From: Terriglobia bacterium
Lineage (GTDB): Bacteria > Acidobacteriota > Terriglobia > Acidiferrales > UBA7541
DNA length: 46,506 nt
Direction: 5' to 3'
NCBI GenBank assembly: GCA_041490605.1
Contig: JBGPTK010000001.1
Coordinates: 1 to 46,506 of the forward strand
The notes under the pieces: model-generated
The model's database searches: none
What the model was told of the DNA's origin: nothing
Seen by the model: the letters and a program-made list of their open reading frames with translations, nothing else
In this document: piece by piece, positions 8,964-15,914 of the stretch
Layout of the letters: every line of letters starts with the position of its first letter
Numbering within the stretch: position 1 is the stretch's first letter
Position numbers and translations under genes: made by a program

Positions 8964-9236
8964 TGTCCTCAGTCAGAAATTCATCATATGTTTTTAGGGG
9001 GTCGGAGCTTCAGAAGCTATGTGGCAACTCGGTCTTGCTTCATGTAGCGCCCGCCTTCAGGCGGGCAGGTGATTGATTCTAAGATGCCGCCCTGAAGGGC
9101 GGCGCTACACAACCGCCCCCAATCAGCGTTGCCATACAGGCTCTTCAGCTCCGACTTGGATGCGCTGAAAACTCAGGGGTTTTAACCCCTGAGGGCGGCC
9201 AAGGACATGCAAGGAATTTACAATTCACCACACTAG
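8964..9236. repeat. 273-bp hairpin-rich (REP/MITE-like) insertion flanked by a CACTAG duplication
   Basis: CACTAG occurs at 8958-8963 and at 9231-9236. Inside are two ~75-nt units in inverted orientation (about 8997-9066 and 9086-9159), each with small hairpins (AGCTTcagAAGCT; GCCCGCCttcaGGCGGGC / GCCGCCCtgaaGGGCGGC). A further 9-bp-stem hairpin, CTCAGGGGTtttaACCCCTGAG, lies at 9172-9193. Confidence 0.55.
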
Positions 9237-9254
9237 ATCGATTCGCAAGAGTGC
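9236..9254. repeat. Island-flanking direct repeat, copy A, right part
   Basis: GATCGATTCGCAAGAGTGC versus GATCGATTCGCGAGAGTCC at 12591-12609 (17/19 identical). Confidence 0.6.
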
Positions 9255-9432
9255 TCTCTCGCTACCCGCCAAGGGATGCACCGCCTCGACGCACTGACTG
9301 AACGACGAGTGCATGGTTAGGGTCCGTCCTGCGTTCATGCTCTGCGCGGATTCTAGCTCGCGCCCTTGACTATTGAATATCGTACAGATTGGTAGCATAT
9401 TACTTTCTGTTCCAGAGTCTCGGAGGCGCGCC

Positions 9433-9720
9433 ATGAGCCGTCTTGCTACTGAGACCGTGAGGGTAAACGTAGGCCTAAACAGATTGCACAATGGGATTGT
9501 TGAGATCGACGTCACGAGGGTTGGCCCCCACCTCGGCGCTGTCGTGATGTATCCTTCAACCGCGGGAGCACGCGCCGCGCTGTTGGCTCTTGGGTTCACT
9601 GAAAAAGAGGCGGACAGCCACTTGAAGTTTCTGAGCGATCACGCCGCGAACGAACGATTGCCGCTTCCGCAAGCCGATGTGCCCCTTGGCGCCCTGTGGG
9701 CGCAAGGATTCAAAGTGTAG
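9433..9720 (+). CDS. Hypothetical protein (95 aa), no recognisable domain
   Basis: ORF 9373..9720. ATG 9433 is preceded by GGAGG at 7 nt. A TTGAAT-17-CATATT promoter-like element lies at about 9373-9401. The gene sits in the lower-GC island. Confidence 0.45.
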   Translation: MSRLATETVRVNVGLNRLHNGIVEIDVTRVGPHLGAVVMYPSTAGARAALLALGFTEKEADSHLKFLSDHAANERLPLPQADVPLGALWAQGFKV

Positions 9721-9965
9721 GATTGTCGCCGGCCCGGCGGCCGCGCTTTGACTTCGTAGGAGCGCGGTTTGTGTGTCCCGATTCCGTTGATCGGGGCGCT
9801 GCTTGTTTACCCTGAGCTTCGAAGGGCTGCGACCGCGCCATTTTGCGCCCCAATATCTCAGATCAGGGCGCTCGCTTCCGCAAAACTCATGTCCCTCAAG
9901 CGGCAAAATGGCTGCCCCACCTGTCCGTTCTCACCATACCAGTACGACTATCTCAATTTCGGTAC

Positions 9966-9994
9966 TTGACACGAAGACATTGTCAAAAGACAAT
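9966..9994 (+). promoter_or_regulatory. Sigma70-like promoter with an operator-like inverted repeat, upstream of the S8 protease gene
   Basis: TTGACA (9966-9971), 17-nt spacer, GACAAT (9989-9994). ATTGTCaaaaGACAAT (9979-9994) is a perfect 6-bp inverted repeat that overlaps the -10 box. Confidence 0.4.
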
Positions 9995-10057
9995 CCGCCG
10001 ACGAGACGTTCGCAACAGCAACTGCAAGCCCCGCCTGGATAGAGGAGGCGCACCCAG

Positions 10058-12355
10058 ATGCGCATGACTAAGCTAGGTCTGTTGTTTTTCGTCTGTGGGT
10101 TTGCAACTTCTGTGTCCGCGAACCAGCACTCAGTTACTTGGACTCCTTCGCTGGTGACACACAAAGCACTTGCCGGAACAGTGTCGACCGTGCAGGTCAC
10201 GTTTACAACCAGCGGAACGCTCTCCGATGTGCGTGTAAGACTTTCCCCAAACATTCGTCGCATAGTCTCAGTGTCAACATCCTTTTTCGCCAGTGTGCCG
10301 GCCAAACAGACTCAAACTCTCACGATTCTCTTTACAATTCCAAAGGGGATACGCCCCCAGTCGATCACAGGAAGGATTCGTCTCCTCCGTGCAGGTGACG
10401 AAGACGAAGAACAGAGCGAAGAGAACGATGAAGAAGGTCTGAAACGTAGGTCTTTCGCAGTCCCTCTATTTGTCCACCTTGAGGTCCTACAGCCAAACTC
10501 ATCTGACATTCCTTCGTCCATTGCGCAGCCGAGCCCGGATCGCATCACCACTGATGCCGACGGTCAAAAGCTAGTCAGAGACGAGATTGTTGTTATGCTG
10601 GACTTGGACACATCAGGCCCTGAATCCGCAATACAGCAGATTGCACGGACGACCGCTGGATTCATCATTGGAGCGGTTCCAGCTACCTTAACTTACCAGT
10701 TGCAGTACACGATCTCGGACCTAAGTGCACTGGAGGGTATACGCCACGTCTTGGAGGGTCTGCCAAACGTGAAAGCCGCTAGCCACTCCTACTTGCAGGG
10801 CCAACCCCTTGTGAATATCCCCAACGACTCCGGCTGCCCTGCGGGGGTACTGTTCGAGAACTGCGCAACTAAATACAACTCCTGGGATGAAAACAACCCT
10901 GCAGGAAATAATTGGAATCTAGAATTTATCAAGGCCCCGTCTGCATGGGACATTACTACCGGCAGCCCTGCGGTTAGCATAGGCATTATTGATGCCGACA
11001 TGGACGCAGCCCATGGAGATCTAAGAAACAATGTTCGCTCTACCCTAGGGCCGCGGACGCCTCTATCAGGGCCAAGCACAGGTCACGGCACACATGTTGC
11101 GGGCATAGTCTGCGCCGAGGGAAACAATGGCATGGGTGTCGCCGGACTTATGTGGAGTTGCTCTCTTCGTCTCTATGATTATGGCCCTGGCCCTGGCGTT
11201 ACGCAGGTTCAGCTGATCAGTCCACTGAATGCCATGCTGTCCATGGTAGAGGCTTTTCAGGACGGTGCCAGAATTGTCAACCTAAGTTCCCAATGGATTG
11301 ATACCGATATGTGCGGGGTCTCTGGGACTGGCGCGACTTTGCAGAAGGTCGCAGAGACCAATGCGATATTTGCTCAGGCGATGTCGTACGTCTCCCGGCA
11401 CCCTGAGAAGGGACCGGATGTGCTCTGGGTGTTCGCTGCTGGTAACGAATGTCGCGATGCTGAGTATGCCTCTCCTGCGAGTTTAACCTCGAGCTTCCGA
11501 TTGAACACAATTACCGTTGCTTCCATAGGAGAAGGTAGCCAACTATCGCGTTTATCCAATTGGGGATCCAATTGGGGTAGCCTAGTTACGGTAGCCGCCC
11601 CCGGCGAGAATATCTTGAGTACGCTTCCCCGCTCATGCTTTTTGTCTTGTGTCGACCAATACGGTCTGAGGTCTGGCACTTCGATGGCCGCGCCCCACGT
11701 CACCGGCCTTGCGGGGCTGGTACTTTCGAAGCACCCCGAATTCTCAGCGGCTCAAATCAAGCAATGTATCTTGGCAGCATCACAGTCGAGTGGATCAGCT
11801 GTGGATGGACAAAAATTCAGAGTCATTAATGCCCCCGAGGCAGTCAATTGCCAACGTCCATACTTTCTTTCGTTCGTCGAAGGTGACCCCGACAAGCCAG
11901 GAGATGGAACTTTTATTAGCGCAGGTGGAGGAATAGATTCCCTCTCTTTTGAACTATCAACTCCTATTCCTCTGAGCGGAATGCCAGAGGGGTTCACTTA
12001 TACCACCTTCCTCCCGAGCGGCAGCCCCCAACTCAGGTTTGTCCAATTGGGGATAAGCAATCTGCAAAGCTCGGGCGCGTGCCGCATCAATTTTGCAGCA
12101 CGCCCCACCCCGAGCGGAAATGTCGCTTTTAATGGAGCACCCGGTATCTTCACCAACGTTTCGAGATCCTTCCTCGATTCGATAGTGGCGTTTGTAAACT
12201 CAAGCGCTCCCGGTTGCACGAATGTCACCCTCAATGATTTGTATTTTGACCACATCCTTCTTGAGATCGCTGCCCCCCCGAGCTTTCTAACCTCACTAGA
12301 CGCCGCTGCTGTCGGCCCTGGCGTGGACAATTTCCCGGGCACCCGTATTCCATAG
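10058..12355 (+). CDS. Secreted subtilisin-like serine protease (peptidase S8) with N-terminal Ig-like/propeptide region and unknown C-terminal domain
   Basis: Signal peptide MRMTKLGLLFFVCGFATSVSA. Catalytic motifs IGIIDADMD (Asp), GHGTHVAGIV (His), AAGN (oxyanion), SGTSMAAPHVTGLAG (Ser). GGAGG lies 9 nt before the ATG. GC is lower than in the flanks. Confidence 0.9.
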   Translation: MRMTKLGLLFFVCGFATSVSANQHSVTWTPSLVTHKALAGTVSTVQVTFTTSGTLSDVRVRLSPNIRRIVSVSTSFFASVPAKQTQTLTILFTIPKGIRPQSITGRIRLLRAGDEDEEQSEENDEEGLKRRSFAVPLFVHLEVLQPNSSDIPSSIAQPSPDRITTDADGQKLVRDEIVVMLDLDTSGPESAIQQIARTTAGFIIGAVPATLTYQLQYTISDLSALEGIRHVLEGLPNVKAASHSYLQGQPLVNIPNDSGCPAGVLFENCATKYNSWDENNPAGNNWNLEFIKAPSAWDITTGSPAVSIGIIDADMDAAHGDLRNNVRSTLGPRTPLSGPSTGHGTHVAGIVCAEGNNGMGVAGLMWSCSLRLYDYGPGPGVTQVQLISPLNAMLSMVEAFQDGARIVNLSSQWIDTDMCGVSGTGATLQKVAETNAIFAQAMSYVSRHPEKGPDVLWVFAAGNECRDAEYASPASLTSSFRLNTITVASIGEGSQLSRLSNWGSNWGSLVTVAAPGENILSTLPRSCFLSCVDQYGLRSGTSMAAPHVTGLAGLVLSKHPEFSAAQIKQCILAASQSSGSAVDGQKFRVINAPEAVNCQRPYFLSFVEGDPDKPGDGTFISAGGGIDSLSFELSTPIPLSGMPEGFTYTTFLPSGSPQLRFVQLGISNLQSSGACRINFAARPTPSGNVAFNGAPGIFTNVSRSFLDSIVAFVNSSAPGCTNVTLNDLYFDHILLEIAAPPSFLTSLDAAAVGPGVDNFPGTRIP

Positions 12356-12533
12356 TGTCTTGAGTATTTTTTTGCCGCTAACCCGATCGACGCAGCCGTC
12401 CAGCATCCGTCCGGGGAATTCATCCTCGTGGCGTCGGTATGTTTTCCCTTCTTCTAAGCTGATGTCGATCAGGCAGATGGCCGAGCTTTTCACTTCTTTC
12501 TCGCTAGTGTGGGTGGCCACCCCGACCCGAGTA

Positions 12534-12609
12534 GGTTTTCGGGGATCTTCGTTTTTCGTTCTCTCCTCCTCATTTACCCTCAATCCAGCGGATCGATTCG
12601 CGAGAGTCC
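12534..12609. repeat. Island-flanking direct repeat, copy B (uninterrupted)
   Basis: ggttttcgggga TCTTCGTTTTTCGT (12546-12559) ...ctCAATCCAgcg GATCGATTCGCGAGAGTCC. Collinear with 8878-8963 plus 9236-9254. Confidence 0.6.
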
Positions 12610-12775
12610 TTCATCGCCGCCCACATAAGAGGAATAACTCCCCACCCTTCCCGATCCTGTAGGGCACGCCTTTGGTGTCCCGATGATTTTGATCGAGACG
12701 CCCCTGCTCGCTTCCGCAAAACACATGACCCTCAACCGGGAAAATGCCTGCGCCACCCAGTCCGGGGGATTGGAA

Positions 12776-14098
12776 TCACCTTGCGGCGGGAGTGGCGGAA
12801 ACGAGTTCGGGGATTTCGATGTGGATTTGGGTGCCTTGGCCTTCCTGGCTTTGGATGTCCATGCGGAAGTTGTCGCCATAGAGCAGGCGCAGGCGTTCGT
12901 GGACGTTGCTGATGCCGATTCCTTCCCCGTAAACCTGGGCCATGCGCTCGGGAGAAATTCCCAGGCCGTTGTCCTCGACGTCAATTTTCAGCCGCCCATC
13001 CTGGCGGCGCGTGCGCAAATGGATTTGGCCGCCTTCGAGCTTCGGCGCCAGGCCGTGCTTGATTGCGTTTTCGACGATGGGCTGCAGCAGCATGCTAGGA
13101 ACAAACGCTTCCAGAGTTTGCTCGTCAATTTCCTTGAAGATTTGCATTTTCTCGGGACCGAAACGCACCACTTCGATGTCCAGGTAATCGTCGATGAATT
13201 CCAATTCTTCGCGCAAGGGAACGAAGGTTTCGTGCTTGCGCAGCAGCCGCCGCAAAATATTCGACAGCTTGATCACCACGATGCGCGCCATGTCGGGATC
13301 GTAGCGAATCAGCGAAGAAACCGTGTTCAGCGTGTTGAACAGGAAATGCGGATTGATCTGGCTGGAGAGCGCGTCCATGCGCGCCTTCAGCAGCAGCCGC
13401 TGATTTTGTTCCAGGTTCATCTCGATCCGCGTGTTGTTCCAAATTTTCACGGGGACGGCCACGGCCATCACGGTGGAGAGCAAGAGCAGAAGCAGCAGCG
13501 GCCATCCCGGCGGATTGAAAAAGAACAGCCAGTGCGCAGGCACGGCGCGGCCCAACGCGACACGTCCCAGCTCGATACCAACCGTCGCAGCCAGAGGCAG
13601 CATGGCCCAGTTGCCCTGCGCGTGGCGCACCAGTTTCCAAATCCATTGCGGGATGCTGAGAAAAAGAAATGGGCCAAAGTGCCAGACGTCTTCTTTGTTG
13701 GGAATCAGTTGGCGGATGGAGCCGGCCAGCAATCCGACGAGGGCAGCCATGGGGCTGGCCAGCCATTCGTGATTTCCAAATGCCGGCAGGCTGATCAGCG
13801 AACCGCCCAGCAGGCCGACGATCCGTCCGCCGATGAGCCCCATCAAGAACGAGCCTTCGAGAGTGAGATCGGCGAAGCGGTAACCCGCCAGCAAGCGCAA
13901 GAGCACGCCCAGCGCGAGCGGCGGCGTCAGGAAAAGCAGGAGCTGAACTTTTTGATCGGAATCGCGCTGGTCGATGAAAAGAACCTTGCGAAAAGTTTTC
14001 GAGCGGGCCAGCAAAGCGGCCAGCGACGCCGCCCAGCCCACTTTCAGCACGAGCGTGAACAGCAAATCCTTGCCGGAATTGAGCGCGTCCGCTTGCAT
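12776..14098 (-). CDS. LytS/YehU-type sensor histidine kinase (5TM-LYT + His_kinase + HATPase_c)
   Basis: C-terminal part of ORF 12776..14419(-). Motifs: QINPHFLFNTLNTVSSLI, LQPIVENAIKHG, DNGLGI, GIGISNVHERL. Multi-TM N-terminus. Start set at ATG 14098 (MQADALNSGKDLLF...). A TTG 39 nt upstream is also possible. Upstream ORF residues are R/H-rich and overlap ribA on the other strand. Confidence 0.85.
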   Translation of the reverse strand: MQADALNSGKDLLFTLVLKVGWAASLAALLARSKTFRKVLFIDQRDSDQKVQLLLFLTPPLALGVLLRLLAGYRFADLTLEGSFLMGLIGGRIVGLLGGSLISLPAFGNHEWLASPMAALVGLLAGSIRQLIPNKEDVWHFGPFLFLSIPQWIWKLVRHAQGNWAMLPLAATVGIELGRVALGRAVPAHWLFFFNPPGWPLLLLLLLSTVMAVAVPVKIWNNTRIEMNLEQNQRLLLKARMDALSSQINPHFLFNTLNTVSSLIRYDPDMARIVVIKLSNILRRLLRKHETFVPLREELEFIDDYLDIEVVRFGPEKMQIFKEIDEQTLEAFVPSMLLQPIVENAIKHGLAPKLEGGQIHLRTRRQDGRLKIDVEDNGLGISPERMAQVYGEGIGISNVHERLRLLYGDNFRMDIQSQEGQGTQIHIEIPELVSATPAAR

Positions 14099-14185
14099 GG
14101 CAGCGAAAATCCGAATTGCTTCGCTTACGTTAGCCAAAGCGGCCCAGGATGTAAAGCAGCGCGATGCTGCTATACTCGTTGCTCG

Positions 14186-14803
14186 ATGAAAAACCGCAAT
14201 GGAAAAACTGTACGAGCGCGAATCGTGGCGCGCGCCAAGCTGCCCACGCGCTTCGGAAAATTCACGATTTTGGGCGTGGAGGGTCGAGCGAAAGAAGAAA
14301 CCGCGGTGGTGCTGGAGCACGGGCGCGTGCGCGGGGCGAAAGCGCCGCTGGTGCGCATCCATTCGCAATGCCTGACCGGGGACATGCTTTTTTCCGAGCG
14401 CTGCGATTGCCGCGGGCAACTCGAACTGGCATTGAAGAAAATTGCCAAGTCTCCGGCGGGATTATTGCTTTATCTGCCGCAGGAAGGCCGCGGAATCGGT
14501 TTGATGAACAAATTGCGCGCGTATGAATTGCAAGATGGCGGAATGGATACGGTGGAAGCGAATCGCAAACTCGGTTTTGCGGATGACTCGCGCGACTACA
14601 GTTTTTCGGCGGAAGCATTGAAGCTTCTGGGCGTGCGCAGCGTGCGGCTGCTTTCGAATAATCCGGACAAGGTGAAGCAACTCGAAGACGCGGGCATTCG
14701 CGTGGTGGAACGAATTCCCTGCCAGCCTCCGGCGGGACGGCTTTCGCGCGCGTATCTTCGAACGAAGAAAGAAAAACTGGGACACATTCTCGCTGACATT
14801 TGA
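14186..14803 (+). CDS. ribA: GTP cyclohydrolase II
   Basis: Last 205 aa of the 706-aa + ORF. Motifs: VRIHSQCLTGDMLFSERCDCRGQL (Zn-binding Cys motif), LPQEGRGIGLMNKLRAYELQDGGMDTVEAN. The upstream 500 aa of that ORF is antisense to the kinase gene. Confidence 0.9.
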   Translation: MKNRNGKTVRARIVARAKLPTRFGKFTILGVEGRAKEETAVVLEHGRVRGAKAPLVRIHSQCLTGDMLFSERCDCRGQLELALKKIAKSPAGLLLYLPQEGRGIGLMNKLRAYELQDGGMDTVEANRKLGFADDSRDYSFSAEALKLLGVRSVRLLSNNPDKVKQLEDAGIRVVERIPCQPPAGRLSRAYLRTKKEKLGHILADI

Positions 14804-14863
14804 CGGCGCGGAGGTGCGGAAGGCGTTCGCTGTCGGCCGGTTTCGAACTACAGGAGGCATCGC

Positions 14864-15265
14864 TTGACCAAGGCGATTCAACAATCCGTGCGGTTTCCAG
14901 CTGCGCCGGAAGTGCTGTTCGAGATGTACATGGATTCGAAGAAACATAGCGAAGTAACGGGGGCGCCGGCAAAAATCAGCCGGCGCGCGGGCGGCAAGTT
15001 CACCGCGTTCGGCGGGCAACTGCGCGGCAAGAATCTGGCGGTGATTCCGAATCGAATGATCGTGCAGTCGTGGCGCGGGCCGTGGAAGGCCGGCGACCTG
15101 GATTCCATTCTGGTGATCACGTTTGAAAAAGTGCCTGGCGGCACTCGAATTGACCTGGTTCATTCGAATGTTCCCGGGCACGACCACAAAGGTGTTTCGC
15201 AAGGCTGGCCGAAATATTATTGGGTGCCGTGGCGGGCCTATTTGAAGCGAAAGAAGGCTTCATGA
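14864..15265 (+). CDS. SRPBCC / AHSA1 (activator of Hsp90 ATPase homologue-like) domain protein
   Basis: 133 aa. FPAAPEVLFEMYMDSKKHSEVTG...GGKFTAFGG...IVQSWR pattern. TTG start with AGGAGG 6 nt upstream. Confidence 0.7.
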   Translation: MTKAIQQSVRFPAAPEVLFEMYMDSKKHSEVTGAPAKISRRAGGKFTAFGGQLRGKNLAVIPNRMIVQSWRGPWKAGDLDSILVITFEKVPGGTRIDLVHSNVPGHDHKGVSQGWPKYYWVPWRAYLKRKKAS

Positions 15266-15290
15266 AAGAAGCGTGCGATGAGAGCCCGAT

Positions 15291-15611
15291 CTACTCGCGG
15301 TCCTGGGGCCACTGCCAACCACGAAGCTGATAGTACCTGCGGGCTGGCGTTGCGCGAACGGGATCGATACCGTTGCGGCGGCACCAGATGAAATGAACCG
15401 TCATACCGATCGTGGCCATCGCCAGCGGGAACAGAAGCGCCCAGTGCCCGGCCAGCCGATAAATTCCCAGCGTCACTCCGATCACCACGAACCATTTCAC
15501 GATCTTGCGCCAGGCGGGAGTTTCGATTTCGAATCGCGCAAAAAGGCTCTGGCCAATCACGGAAATTGCCAGCAGAACCGACAGCTCCAGGTTGATTCCC
15601 ATGGACAGCAT
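15291..15611 (-). CDS. Small membrane protein (3 predicted TM), unknown function
   Basis: 106 aa. Hydrophobic segments LELSVLLAISVIGQSLF, IVKWFVVIGVTLGIY, HWALLFPLAMATIGMTVHFIW. Confidence 0.55.
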   Translation of the reverse strand: MLSMGINLELSVLLAISVIGQSLFARFEIETPAWRKIVKWFVVIGVTLGIYRLAGHWALLFPLAMATIGMTVHFIWCRRNGIDPVRATPARRYYQLRGWQWPQDRE

Positions 15612-15612
15612 G

Positions 15613-15634
15613 TTAACCTAGGTTAATATAATAT
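15613..15634. promoter_or_regulatory. Perfect 14-bp palindrome TTAACCTAGGTTAA abutting a TATAAT box
   Basis: Palindrome at 15613-15626, TATAAT at 15627-15632. This is an AT-rich patch in the divergent region between 15291..15611(-) and the decarboxylase gene (+). Confidence 0.4.
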
Positions 15635-15914
15635 GTAAAGCGCAGTTAATTTCCTCTGAAGCGGCGGAGGAAAGGGCGAATTGGGAATTGGAACGCCATG
15701 CCGCGGCATACTCAGCGAGGATTTCCGCGGGCAGATGTGCGGCTTCCCTGCTGAACAAATGGTGGTAGCATTCAGGCCGGAAGATGGAAACGCGGAGTGA
15801 GCGGGGCCGCTTCAGAAATCGAGGAATGCGCGTGCAATCTTGTGACGGGAGAACTTTGTGAAAGGCAGCGCGAGAGCGGCGAAAACGGCGGCGCCGGGCG
15901 AGAAGACGTTTCAC

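Noticed and set aside
9769-10067. Three overlapping 66-79-aa ORFs between the orphan ORF and the protease gene.
   Set aside because: None has a convincing RBS. They overlap each other and the predicted protease promoter, and their sequences are low-information.
8878-12609. Calling the island a bona fide mobile element or prophage remnant.
   Set aside because: I could recognise no integrase, transposase, tRNA target, phage or conjugation gene. I report it only as a repeat-bracketed, compositionally atypical island.
12296-12984. Minus-strand ORFs 12296..12583 and 12580..12984, considered as a possible remnant of a LytTR partner.
   Set aside because: They overlap the protease 3' end, the flanking repeat and the kinase 3' end in other frames. 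Neither shows receiver-domain or LytTR motifs.
12683-14185. N-terminal ~500 aa of the 706-aa + strand ORF that ends as RibA.
   Set aside because: This part is antisense to the LytS-type kinase and has a low-complexity, R/Q/H-rich composition. A normal-length 205-aa RibA starts at ATG 14186.
14099-14185. An FMN riboswitch upstream of ribA. I also considered a TPP riboswitch for thiS.
   Set aside because: The spacer is only 87 nt and is shared with a divergent gene, which is too short for an FMN aptamer, and I saw no conserved aptamer motifs. thiS is translationally coupled to an upstream ORF, so it has no leader of its own.
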